From the human T2T-CHM13v2.0 reference genome, Homo sapiens: DNA of 64,000 bases. The stretch lies in assembly GCF_009914755.1 (NCBI RefSeq), contig NC_060928.1; one strand, 5' to 3'. The notes beneath the pieces were generated by a model. The model saw only the letters and a list, made by a program, of their open reading frames with translations, was not told the DNA's origin and did not search any database. The translations under genes were made by a program, and so were the position numbers. This document shows, in pieces, positions 24,277 through 37,396 of this stretch (within the stretch, counting starts at the first letter, position 1; each line of letters starts with the position of its first letter).

Positions 24277-26900
24277 TCATATTTGAACTTCATCTTCTGC
24301 TTTAAGTTCATGGCATGTACCACTGATGTGTGTTCCTAATAATTCTCCTTCTCTCAACAGTGGAGACAAGGCAGGAGGCTGCATCGTCAATAGGGAAAGA
24401 GATGGAGAAAAATTGGGAGTCATGCCTTCTGGCAGAGAACCAAGATGGTAGGGGATGGGAGAGCGTGGGTGTTTCGGAGGCACCTGCCCCAGGTTTACTG
24501 CCGGCATTCTTGGTGGGACTGCTTTAATCCCAGGCTGGGCTACTGCTGTTATCAAAGGGGGTGGAAAAACAAAAGATTTCTTCTCTTTTGGAATGCCAGG
24601 CATATGCAAATGTTCATCCTTTAGTTTTGCAATATCATTAAATACTGAGGCAAGAGGTTGGAATTTGGGCTCCCAACTAAGAAGATAATTCCAGTGATAG
24701 TTGTCTTTTCCATCATGATCAGAGGTCGTCTGAGTTGAAAGAGCTGCACACCTTACTTCCTGATCACCTGAAATAAAGACAGACTCTTTTCTAACATCAG
24801 CCAGGATGCTCTCTTTTGCCTCTCTCTTCTGAACTGTCTGGGGTAACACATTATTTTGAGCACAGGTGGTGCTGCAGCCTTCCCCTTGATCTCCTTCCCC
24901 AAATGTTTGGCTGGCTTCTGCTGTTTCGGCAGTCACCATCACATCAGTTTCCCCAGATAGGCAGGAGAGCTGGTCTGAGTCCCTCGGGATACCCGAGTCT
25001 GGCACCCTGGACTCGTGGTCACTCAGAGCTGAGTCTGAGCACTTTCTGTAGGGATGCTCATTTATCCTCTGGATTTCCTTATCTTCTGCAGTTTCTCCTT
25101 CCACAGAACAGTGGCCACTGGAGTTTGAGTGTCTGTACAGATTGACAATATCCTTCTCCATGATACTTATTAAACTCAACCATTCCGGAGTGGCATCCAC
25201 AGGGACCACCTCGTTACTGCAGTCGTCAGTTTTCTGGAAGGCTTTGAGCACACTGGCATCCCGGGTCACTCTCAAGTCCGCATCTAAAGATGAGGTTTTC
25301 TTCTCCTCATAATTGTTTATTGTGTCTTTTTGTTTATGTCTTAAAATCATTACAATTAGAATGCAGATGAGTATCAGAAACACTAAAAAGGAGACCACCA
25401 GGCTGATTGAAAAGCTGCTGGCGAACACTGCCAAGGGTGTTCCTTCAGAGGAGAAAGACACATTCACAAAAACAGTGCAAGATGCAAACTTGGAATCTGA
25501 TTTGGGACTATGAGCGATTATTTTCATTTCCAAGGTGTCTTCTTTGTTGAGTTGACTTTTTATTAGGGGAAGGGCTCTAATCAAATAAATATTTCCATTG
25601 GTTTTATTTACTGAAAAGAAAGGAGATGAGGTTCCAAGGGAGTAAAGAATGACTCCATCAATACCAGCATCTGCATCTGAGGCTTCCACTCTGCCAATCA
25701 ACTGTCTGTCTTTATTCTTTTCTGGGAGGGTGAAAAAATACTGATCTTGAGTGAAAATGGGCTCAAATTCATCTATCCCTTCAATATCCACCCAGACCAC
25801 TAAGGAGGCAGTTGCATCACCTTTGTCTTTGGCTTGGACTGTGAGGCAGTATTTATTGCCATTTTCATAGTCAAGGATTTGCTTAGCATGAATATCCCCT
25901 GTCAAAGGGTCAATGAGGAAGAGATCATGATCATAAGACATTCCATGAGTGAGAAAACAGGGTGATACAATAGAATAGGTCAATTCTCCATACGGACCAG
26001 CATCAAAATCCAGAGCATTTATAGAGCATATGGTAGAGGAAATAGGCAGATTTTCTGGAACAATACAGCTGAAGCTTGAGAACATAAACTGAGGTGCATG
26101 GTCGTTATCATCCAGGACACTGACAAACACAACTGCAAAAGAAAAATGTTTCTTTTCTGCATCTGAAGCTTGGACAGTTAAGGTGAATTTTGTCATTTTT
26201 TCATAATCCAGAGGTTTAATCAAATAAAGAACTCCAGTGTTTTCTTCTAAGTAAAAATGTCCCTTCTCATTTCCAGAGATGATGTTGTAGATGATTTCTG
26301 CATGTGACCCTGTGTCACGGTCATTTGCTGAGACCACAGTGATGTGACTCCCTAGAGGGGTGCTTTCCTTGACATGGGTGTGATAGCTCAGGCTGCTGAA
26401 GTTTGGGGGATTGTCATTGACATCAAGTACTTGTATTGATATGACAGCTGTGGAACTCAATGGAGGGCAGCCACTGTCAGATGCCAGAATGACAAGCTCA
26501 TGGCTAGCACTTGCTTCTCTGTCCAGACTGTGAAGCAACACAAGATAACCGACTTGCTTATAAGGATATTCTGAATGAAAGAACTTAGTTTCCACATGAA
26601 AATTGTTCTGTGAATTACCACTGATGATGGAATATTCAACATATGTGTTTTCACGGGTCCAGTCATGGTCGATGTTTGAAAATGTAACAAGCGTGCTTCC
26701 AACCAGAGCATCCTCACTTAGGCTAAGATTATAGGATTTGACTGTGAATTCAGGGGCATAATTGTTCATATCTTCTATTCCTATCTCCACTAAAGTAAGA
26801 GCTCTCAGGTCAGGATTTCCACCATCACTGGCTTCCACAAGAAATTGAGTTGTTGATATTGTATCCAGAAGTAATACGGGACTGATAGTAAATATTGTGC
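24277..26900 (-). CDS. DCHS2: DCHS2 terminal coding exon: last cadherin repeats, TM helix, cytoplasmic domain and stop
   Basis: Acceptor tatttttcag|GC (phase 1) lies inside the 879-aa ORF; TGA at 24277-24279. Contains several cadherin repeats, a hydrophobic helix FSISLVVSFLVFLILICILIVMIL (about 25342-25413) and the Dachsous-family cytoplasmic motif YHWNYLLSWEPKFQPLASVFNDIAKLKDE. Confidence 0.96.
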
Positions 26901-27606
26901 CTGAAAAATAAGACATAGTATTTCAACACTGTGAGGTGCAGTTTTGATGATCCATTTAATCGGCAGTTGACTATCCAATGTCTACTAATATGTGTTTAAT
27001 TCTTTGTTAGATCTGTTAAGTCACAATGAACAATGACTCCAAATAGAAATACAAATTATTGTATTTATATGTTTATAACATGTAAGATACAGAAATAATA
27101 TTCATGACATTCACTCTGTGAAATATGTGTGCTGCTTGAGGTTGCTGTTGCCACAAATTCCTCTGAATTTTGTTTTTGTATAGTAAGTTGTTCCACTATT
27201 CTTAAAAAATATTTTTGTTTGTAAAATTTATACCCCATTCTACTACCCACAAACACATGTATAAAGATATTCTGGCATAAAGATACTTATTCTGGAAATA
27301 CTTGTTGATATTCAAGCCAAATGAAAGCAGTAAAAATGATAATGCTGAGTTACTATTATACTATTGCTTAATTAGAGAGATGGGCTTTCCTACAGATCAT
27401 GCAAGTCGATGTTTCCCTTATTGCTGAAATGTAGTTGATAAAGTTTATTGTACTAAATATAGAAATATTTAATTTTTATAAATGTGTGTGTTAAACCATT
27501 TTTAAGATAAATATGTCTTAAGGATGGTCACTAAGAAAGAATACAGAATGCTGACATTTAAATGCCATGTTTCAGTTAGAGTCCCACCATGAACTAAATC
27601 GGCCAT

Positions 27607-27745
27607 CATTTAATGTTTTAAAAATATTTGAATCAATAGCTTAGTGCGTTTAATGTTTTAAACATTGCATTTAATGTTTTTAACATTGCCTTTAATGTTT
27701 TAAACATTTAATGTTTTAAAAATATTTGAATCAATAGCTCAGTGC
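27607..27745. repeat. Complex local duplication: 41-bp direct repeat enclosing three roughly 20-bp units
   Basis: catttaatgttttaaaaatatttgaatcaatagctYagtgc at 27607-27647 and 27705-27745, with tttaatgttttaaacatt(gc)-like units between them. Confidence 0.9.
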
Positions 27746-28911
27746 AAAATTTGTCAATAGCACATGTCAAGTAAAAGTGTTGCTAAGGATTGAGTGCTCA
27801 GAAGAACTGCCTTGCACACTGTGATTTGCTGTGGCCGGGGTGGCAGTTGCCATCATCTGAGACTACAGAAAGAGAGACAGACAGAGAGAGAAAAGACGGT
27901 GGGGGGGGTGGGGTGGGGATACAGAGAGAAGAATAGAAGAGCCAAATTCCTGATACGTTTGTAATCATGCAGTAATCGTTCATCCACAGGCAGCATGATA
28001 CAGGACGTACTTCTCCATTTACAACACCCGGTGGGCTTCATGCTGGTATTTTGGGACTAAATTCCCCTTTCAGGTAATCCCAAGGTTAATTTTTAAATGA
28101 ACTCTCACTTGTGAAATGATGCAATGGTGGATAGAGATGGGGAACACAGAGTGTGATGTCTCCCAGGCCCTGTTATTTTCTAGTATGCTCTGCTAGGGAC
28201 ATTGTTTTGCTACTTATTCATCTTTACAAAATTTAGCTTTTAAATTAAATTAAATGTCCACTCACTGTTCAACTTTCTCTATATACTGTTTAATTGAATG
28301 TAGAATCACTTGCCTGAAGGCATTTCACAACCACGAATGTCTTGGTCTCTGATAAAAAGACAAAAAGCCTTGGGAAGCATCAAATAAACCAAAACACCAC
28401 AGTGGTTTCCAGTTGGTAGAGATGCTTAAATAATTTTCCTTTTAAAATTATTCTTGTGCTTATTGAACATATAATGCTATTACTGATTTTTTTTAACTTG
28501 GCTTGGGAAGAAAGCATCCAGACTCTAGTAATATGAAGTCTTCAGCACTAACTTAATCCCTTCAACATCATTTTGATTCTTGCTGAATCCTGGGATAATT
28601 GCCTGAACTGTGCTTGGTTGGACGGATGCAACTGGGTGTTTATTATACTGGGGTCTCTGAATTTGTGAGCATTTACCAGCATTTAAACAGTGACATTTGC
28701 TTTCCAGCCACTGAGATGTTGGAGAAGAGAAATAACACTGGCATTTGCTATCGCAGCACTTCATGTGAAGAGTAATGAAACAGTCGTGCTTATAATTCCA
28801 TGCGGGGTGGGGAGGTGGGGAACTTTTATAGAGGCATTTAGAAAGGGTTATTTCAGGTTTCTACTTTGAAACCCAAACCTATGAGCATTAATGCAATTAT
28901 AAATAACTCAC

Positions 28912-29044
28912 CATTCTTAGGATCAATGGAGAATTCCTTAGAAGAGGATAGAATTCTGTAAGAAATGTTCTCATTGCTTTCTAAGTCTGTGGCTGACAGA
29001 GTCAGCACTGAATACCCCACAGGTATTGATTCAGGAACTGTGAC
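28912..29044 (-). CDS. DCHS2: DCHS2 penultimate coding exon (133 nt, phase 0-1)
   Basis: Acceptor tttttccctcag|GT and donor ATG|gtgagt. Encodes VTVPESIPVGYSVLTLSATDLESNENISYRILSSSKEFSIDPKN(G). Confidence 0.95.
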
Positions 29045-29206
29045 CTGAGGGAAAAAGAGAAAAATAGGGACATTGTGCTTAAAGGCTGAAGGTATTTTCA
29101 CCAACAGGGACAGAACATGAGGTCATTTTATTCATTTTGATTATGGAAACCATACAATACAACCTGACTTTGTTAGACATATTAATTTATGGAATTGGCA
29201 TATTAA

Positions 29207-29596
<390 letters not shown>

Positions 29597-30279
29597 TGAA
29601 AAAAAGTTCTTCTAAACTATTTCTATGAGGCAGAAAATAGTTAATACATTCACTAATATATTATTCCATTACATGCATGGCATTAATTCAAGCAAGCCTT
29701 CACAGGGGATCATTACTTAGGTTACCCTCCCCTTGTGTTTACACTTAAATCTTGCATTTGCTACATTCAAAAGTTCTGGAGTCCATTTGCAAGTATTGAG
29801 TTGAATGCTATCCTTGCCCTTACTTCTATAAACATATATTATGCTCTAAAAGCTAAAATTTCCACTTTATAGTTTTGTTCGTGATTTTTTTTCTGTAAAA
29901 TTTTAATCAATGCATTCCAAAAATATGCCTATGAAAGAAAGAATTTTCCCAAATTAACTGCAGATAATGCAAACAGTCTTATCAGTGGTTTGCAAATATT
30001 TGGCAGGTTCCAATTGTCATGACAAACTGGACTACAACCTCTAAAAACTAAAAAAAAAAAAAAAATACATATGTAGTAAACTAAACCGAATGAGACATTC
30101 ATTTCCATATGTACTTATAGACTCCGTGATATTAAGTGTAAAACCCGCAGCGTTAACTTAGGCACTACAAACAGTGAATGCTGTCTATCTGAATTAGTCT
30201 ATCGGCGATGGAAGACTTACATTATTCTCTATTCTTTCTAGTTTTGGCTTTGGTTTTGGCATCTCTTTAAGCCCTTTAC

Positions 30280-30566
30280 CTGATAGAAATCTTGAGAAAA
30301 CACTGGTGGATTATCATTGACATCCAGCACACGGACTACAAGTGCTCCCTCTGTGTAGTGCACTGAATCAGAAATTTGGATGAGCAGCTCATATTCAGTC
30401 ATTTCTTCAAAATCCAATGTTTTCACCAACACCACCACTCCAGTGTTCTGATCAATAGCAAACTTGGTTCCAGGATTACTCTCTTTGGCAAAACTGAATA
30501 TGAAAGCTGAATTCAAATCCACATCATGAACTGACACATGAGTCACAATTACACCAGGCAAAGAAT
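30280..30566 (-). CDS. DCHS2: DCHS2 internal coding exon (287 nt, phase 1-0), almost one full cadherin repeat
   Basis: Acceptor tatttcag|AT and donor CAG|gtaaag. Encodes SLPGVIVTHVSVHDVD...LDFE...LDVNDNPPVFSQDFYQ. Confidence 0.95.
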
Positions 30567-32384
30567 CTGAAATAGTCATGACCAGTGTCAGTCTCCATTA
30601 AAATTCATCCTTTGAAATACATTTCTTTAGTAGTTCCATCCAAGTATTTTTATTCTAAGTCCAATATGATTTGCTCTTTCTTGGCTTGATTTCTCATACA
30701 AAGCTCATTATGCACTGAACAAAAACTCTGAAGAATTTATGAGATCAATAAAAGTGAAAATTTACCACTGAGTAGGGAATTGAGGAGGTAGGGTATATTC
30801 AATTTTTATATTACATTATTTTCATTATATGCTTACAACACAATTCCAGTACCAAGAAACATTCTAAGCCACTTATTTATAATATACACTTTCTGTATCA
30901 AAATCATATCTTCATGGGGGATATGAATGGGATGAAAGGTATTACTCAGGACATTAATACAAAACATGGCATTTTCAAAAACAGGCCAGGTTTAAATATT
31001 TGGGCACTAATGTCCGAATTAGATACTTATTTCCTTATATTTATTTTTGTACAATTATTTATTTTGGAGTGGTGCACACACTGCTTCCTTTTCTTAAATC
31101 TGACTCTCAAAATTATTAAGACTATAGAAAAACAAAGTCTACATAGTACTAGTGAGGAAAGCAAATCTCAAATATTATTCACCAAAAAATTACAAAATAG
31201 ATGAAATGTTCAATGCCTCACTCACCACATATGTTCTGTAGCCTAAACAGCCCGTGAAAGGGACTTTGTTTTTAATCTTACAGATATGGTACAGCTAGAA
31301 AGAATATGCCAAGATGCTCAGAATAGTTCCATTGTATATGAAACCCATAATTTTCCATTTTCAAGCTTGAACACTCTCAATGTGCACCAACCACACCGTA
31401 CCCTATTCAGTATGTTTTGATTTATGTAGTTTCTTCTTGTGATATATTTATATTAGGCCCATTGCTATATTTTAACACTAATTGCATGTGCTGAAAAATA
31501 GATCCTTCAATAAAATCAAATGAAAATATATCAAATATGCAAAAGGCAAAACTGGAGAATTTATTTTATTTGTAGGTTGTAATATTTGTAGATATCTCTA
31601 TGCATAGACATGTCTGGAATATTTCCCTCTGTGAGAGGTTATGGTTGTAATTTGTTTAGAAAGTGAACATAATAAAATGTTAGAAACATTTTAGGAATTA
31701 ATGTCGTATTACGAGTGAAGTAGAGAGGCAAGCGAGGGTCACCATTATTTTCATCTTCAACTATAAAGACTTAGGTTATGTTTCCCCAACGCAGCCATTG
31801 ACCATGGACAACTTTGGGTCCACAGACTAGAGGACCATTGTATAACCCACAGACCCAAATAATGAAGGTTAACCAGCATCTCACTTAAAAATTTCTAGTT
31901 TCAACCTCTACCATTAGTGTGGTACAAACGTTGAAGATAAGGTTATTCTGGGAAAAATGATGGCTTTGTGCAATAAACATCTAATTCACTTCACTAATTA
32001 GTTGTTGTTCGTATCCTGAAAAGACTGACAGAGTTATGAATGCTGATTCTTCTTAGAGGAGGTTCACAATGGTTATCACAGTCAACAAAATATGCTTCTT
32101 CATAGAGTAGATATAATTTGTAGGAAATGTCTGCATTATAAACAGATACTATAAGGGATGATGGTTGGAGCATGGGGACTTGCTTTGACATTTTACTCCT
32201 TTGACATTTAATATTTAACTTATGATCATCCATTTTTTTGTTCTGCAAAATGAAGACAAAAATGATCTAGTTTGCTTGGTTGTTGAGGATTAGCACTCAT
32301 GTTAATACAGTGTCTGGCTAAAGAAAATGGTAAATGATATTATACAAGTTAATCAAAACCACTATGCCAAATTGTCACACTTAC

Positions 32385-32515
32385 CTTCTGTAATTTCCAC
32401 TGCTTCAGAGGGGAGAAAAGCTGGGGCATTGTCATTTATATCAGTCACCTGTACCTTGATTACAGTCGTATTAGAAAGCCTGGGCATCCCTTTATCTGTG
32501 GCTTGGACAATCAAG
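32385..32515 (-). CDS. DCHS2: DCHS2 internal coding exon (131 nt, phase 2-1); not in the supplied ORF track
   Basis: Acceptor ctttttccaaaccag|C and donor AAG|gtaagt. Manual translation gives LIVQATDKGMPRLSNTTVIKVQVTDINDNAPAFLPSEAVEITE (AxDxGxP and DxNDNxP motifs). Phases fit both neighbours. Confidence 0.95.
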
Positions 32516-33325
32516 CTGGTTTGGAAAAAGAATCAAAGAATGTGATTCATCATCCAGGAATTAGAAAAACAACATAAATATCAAATATCTAGTTGAAAAT
32601 TTTAAAATGAGCTGACTAGCTACTTTTATTTTTCTCTTGGATTTTCTAAATGGCATCATTTAAAATGTATTTCATAAGAATGGTACTCTGAAATTTATTT
32701 ATTTTTGGCATGTTCAGAGAACCAAATCCAGCAAGCTGCCAGGGATCATGAGGCATTAATGTCAAAATGGACCATTTCGGAGAGCCAGACTGTAAAATTC
32801 AATCCTGTCCTGTGAAGAATAATCTTAAAAAATAGAAACACCAATATCTGTACTTTGGATAAGTAGACTGTTTCCACCTTGCCATGCCCTGGTCTGGATA
32901 TTGCTACATATTTCCATCTTACTGAACCAACAAAAGATGTAGCCACTAAAAGATTGCTTTGTACTGATATTTTTGGATCCAAATAGCAAATCAATCGAAA
33001 TGCTAGAAATAAGACAGGACACCGCTATGATGAACACACTTACAGAAGATGTATGATTGGCTAGGATTGTGAAGTAGAGGTAAAAGTCCATGATCTGAAA
33101 GAATTTACATAGACTAATTTAATCTCTCTTGGATGATGCTACAATGAGCTTGTCCATCAAACAAACTACAAACCTTGTTACTGTCTTCAACTTCTCCCTT
33201 TCTCTCACCACCCTTCCAATGTTCAACTAATTATGTATCTTATCGGTATTACCTCCTGGATGTCACTTGGATTAGTGTCCCCAGCCATTTCACTCCTACC
33301 TTCAGAGCCCTCATGTATGGTAATC

Positions 33326-33479
33326 AGCACATTTTGCTTTGTCTGGGAGTGAAGAATTTCCTGGGACATGAGACTTGCAGTGTTTTTAAAACCAAGATAC
33401 TCCAGGCAAACTGGACATGGGACTTTCAGTGCTACATCCACTAAAGTCCCAGGCAAACCTGGACAAGCCAGTCCCCTGT
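33326..33479. mobile_element. MER96-like hAT MITE among L2 remnants
   Basis: gggactttcagtgcta...gtcccaggcaaacctggac motif, present twice. Confidence 0.6.
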
Positions 33480-35589
33480 AGCCTCAGCCCCTCACCATTT
33501 TTACCTGGAATGCTCTATATGTATTGTATCCTTTCTCACCAGGAGGACCTGATAAATTACCAACCTCCCTGCTGTGAGTCTCCTCTTGTTCCATCCACCC
33601 TCTATATTGCGCTCAATTGCTCTAACTAAGATCCTAATTTGAAAACCTGACCTCCCTATTTAAAACTCTTCTTTGGCTCTCCATGTCTCTAAGAGGTTAT
33701 CCAAACCCCTGAACATGTTCACATAAACTTTTTTGTTCTTGCTTTTACATGGAATCTCAGCCCTTACACCTTGGTTTTTCAAAGCTCACATCTCTGCGAA
33801 GTTGTCATGGACCTTTCATTTGATTTAAATGCACCTTTATGTATTCGCATAGCACCCTGTACATTCTTCTGCCATAGCAATCATCACTCTTTTTTCTTAA
33901 TAACATATTTGTCTGCCTCTTCTGTAAGTTTCTTATGGGCAGGGAGCTGCCTTATTTGCTTTTCTATAGTAAGTATTGAATGTTGGTTTCTCAAGATTTC
34001 CCCAAGGTTATACATACATTATATGACAGAGCTGGGATTCAGGTTCATGTGTTGGTCAACTGGAAACCTGTGCTTCATGATACTTGTTGAACATACCTCT
34101 CTTATTGTGTATATATCACATTCTAATGTATAATTATTGGCTTATTTTTCACTCCCCTCTGAACACGATGAAGGCTAGGAGGGTGGCTGAGTAATAAAAT
34201 GAGTTATTAATTAGAAGATGCTCTTTATTTCAGAAGTGGAATTAGTCTCAGCTAGTTGTGGGAACCACCTTTTAAGAAACTATGTCTTCAAAGTTGATAC
34301 ACTTTCACTTTGTTTTCATTGTTAGAACATTCACTTGATGAATGTTATTTCTCTTTCCAATCCTAAATTTAAAAATGACATGAAATAAACATCAACTCCT
34401 TCTTGGTTTGAATTCCACTTAATATTAAATCATCAGGGCTTATCTACTATTCATGAAGAACACAGGCTGCCTTCTGCATTATCAGAGTTGGAATATTAGT
34501 AGAACAACCACCTGAATCTCACATTTCTGGAGCCTAACTTCTGGAATAATTATATGCTGAAAGTTTATTTTGTTAGTATGAATGTCAGTCAGATACATAT
34601 GGAAATATTTTACCAAAAATAATCAACTCATACTCCTTTCTCCCCTGCTGCTTGCCCCTTCCAATGTCATCTAAAGTCTCAGCCAAGACATCAAAGTTAA
34701 GTTTCTATCAACTCTTCTACTGTAGCCATAATTACCATTATTTTCACAATGTTACAACTTCAGGCATCCTACATAATGCCTTGTCAGATTAAAAAGAAGT
34801 GAGATTCTTTGATATGGAGAGAAATATGTTGTTTAGCATCAAAATAAATGGGAAAGGAAAAGGTTCCTCAATGACTTGAAGAACAAATAAAAAAATATGA
34901 AGGTAGATGTGCAGATACTCTGTACACAACCTCTGCAAGACTTCAAGCCATCTATGATGGCTCTTTCGCAGTTGTGAAACTGTTGGTTGTAGCCTGTCCA
35001 ACTCACTCCATGTTCCACAACTGTTGCCCTGATTACTATTATCACTACAGACAATAAATGAAACTGACCAGATTTAGAACAGGCCCATTCTAAGCCTTTT
35101 AAATTCAGAGCATTTTTTTCCTGTTCTATCAACAATGGGAAGCTTCTTTTACCATGTTAAACTTTAAATAAGGCTTTTGACCAGGAAGGATCTCTTTGAT
35201 TGTCTTAACAAGTACTAAACTTGTTGGTAGAGGATTTTTCAAAACTCTCAATTATATCTTAAACGTCTAGCAGGAATTTTCTAATCCTTCTGAAATTCTG
35301 AAAAAAAAAATATCAGCCACCAGTAGAAATAACTATGAAAAGAAAAACTATGATTTCTGGTTAAAGACAGCAAGCTGACTACACAGGTTTTATCTTCCCT
35401 TCCTCTCAAGATTCTTCTAAAATGATATCAAAAACCTTTTATAATAAGTTATAAGTCCATAAAGCTAAAAAATGAGGGAAGATATTAGTGGGTGAAATGA
35501 ATGAGAAATATCAACAAATTCTGGAAGATACAAGCAGATTGAAGAGTGTTTGCAGATGAGTGGGCCAAAGGAAATCAGAGATTAAAATC

Positions 35590-35810
35590 CACTCAGAATG
35601 TACAACACCAAGAGTGGATCCCACTGAAAACTGTAAATCTGAGTGATAATGATGTGTCAGTGTAGCTTCATCAAAATGCACCAATCTGGTGGGGATTTTG
35701 ATAACAGGGGAGGCTGTGCATGTGTTTGGGCAGGGATATACAGGAAATCTCTGCACCATCTCTCAATTTTGCTGTGGACCTAAAACCACTCTAAAAGAAG
35801 TCTTTTAAAA
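35590..35810 (+). mobile_element. L1MC/MD 3' UTR fragment
   Basis: gaatgtacaacaccaagagtg...gataatgatgtgtcagtgtag...gaaatctctgcacc...cctaaaaccactctaaaa. Confidence 0.7.
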
Positions 35811-36937
35811 TGCATTCAGAGGAGCATAAAGATACGTGAGGAGCAGAGTTGCTCCCAGGTCACCAAGGAGAGGCTCAAGACATGGCAAATATTGCAGTGA
35901 GGTATTGAGATAAAAATAGGAAGAATATTTTAAATTCAGATTATTTAAATAGAAAGATTATTTATGTTATTTTAAATACAGGGTAGTTTTGTCCCTCTTG
36001 CCCATTACTCTGCATTCTCAGCCAAAGAATGCCTTTGGTTCATACTTGGGGTTAGTAATATTGAAAGACCTTCTCTGGAGAACTGAAAGTCCCCTCCCAA
36101 AGAAAAGTGAACTCCATATACTGCCATTTGTATGTCATCCTGAAAAATAGTCGACTTCCCCTGTGGTACATTTGAAAGTGAAGAGTGCTAGTCAAGTCCC
36201 TCTAGCCCACTCAGAGGTTCTAATGACTTTGAAATTGCCTCACTTATATCTAAGAATCAACACTTATTTACAGAAAGCCTTCAGCATGAAAAAGAGAGCT
36301 CAATATAGACAAATAAAAAAAAGGAACCCAGTGGAAACAGATATTGAAAGGAACAAAAGAAAATTTAAAACAATTCTAATTAATACCTTGGAGAGATATC
36401 AGAAGACAACATGTGCATAAAACAAGAGTTGGATATTATTTAAAAAGTCAAACATCAAAGAAGAGCTTTTAGAAGTAAAAACAAATATATAATATCCTCT
36501 CAATTTTTAATTAGAAAATAAAAAAGAAATTTTAGAAGATTAAAATTCAGGAAATATCTTCCCAAAATAAAACAACAAAAACTAAACCCACACACAAACA
36601 ATAAATGGAAAGTAGGAAATAAAATATAACTAACAAAGAATTCATCTAGGCAATCCAATACCTAATTGAATAGGATTCAGGAAAATGAAACAGGGCAAAA
36701 CAACAAAACAAAACTAAAAAAAGGGGAGCAAATTTTCAATGAATTTTCCTTTTCAATAATACAAGAAAATTAAAAGAAATATGTCTTTTTATTAAAAGTG
36801 AACACTGAATACACAGCACAAGGAGAAACCCACATCAAAATATGCAATCACATTTTAAAATACTATGGATGATAAGTATAACCTATAAATTTCTAGAGAG
36901 AAGGAAAAATTATACAAAGTAAAAGAATCAGAATGGT

Positions 36938-37396
36938 GGCCAGGCGCAGTGGCTCATGCCTTTAATCCCAGCACTTTGGGAGGCTGAGGCGGGTGGATCA
37001 TAATAAGGTCAGGAGTTCGAGACCAGCCTGGCCAATTTGGTGAAACCCCATCTCTACTAAAAATATAAAAATTAGCTGGGTGTGGTAGCGGGCGCCTGTA
37101 GTCCCAGCTACTCGGGAGGCTGAGGTAGGAAAGTCACTTGAACCAGGAGGCAGAGGTTGCACTGAGCTAAGGTCAGGAGTTCGAGACCAGCCCGGCCAAT
37201 TTGGTGAAACCCCATCTCTACTAAAAATATAAAAATTAGCTGGGTGTGGTAGTGGGTGCCTGTAGTCCCAGCTACTTGAGAGGCTGAGGCAGGAAAGTCG
37301 CTTGAACCTGGGAGGCAGAGGTTGCACTGAGCCAAGATCACACCACTCCAGCCTGGGTGAAGAGCAAGACTCCGTCTCAAAAAAAAAAAAAAAAAG
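36938..37396 (+). mobile_element. AluS with 164-bp internal tandem duplication
   Basis: Segment 37004-37167 is repeated at 37168-37332. One TSD agaatYagaatggY flanks the whole element. Confidence 0.92.

Noticed and set aside
24330-25513. Plus-strand ORFs overlapping the DCHS2 last exon
   Set aside because: These are short antisense shadows of a coding exon with no recognisable motifs.
26901-26916. ATG start of the 879-aa ORF as an independent gene
   Set aside because: MSYFS is intronic. The acceptor at 26901-26902 joins the upstream exon in phase, and there is no signal peptide or promoter evidence.
27990-28073. Possible 84-nt plus-strand exon (catccacag|G...CAG|gtaatc) of an antisense RNA
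   Set aside because: The donor is good but the polypyrimidine tract is poor and no partner exons can be identified, so it cannot be supported without transcript data.
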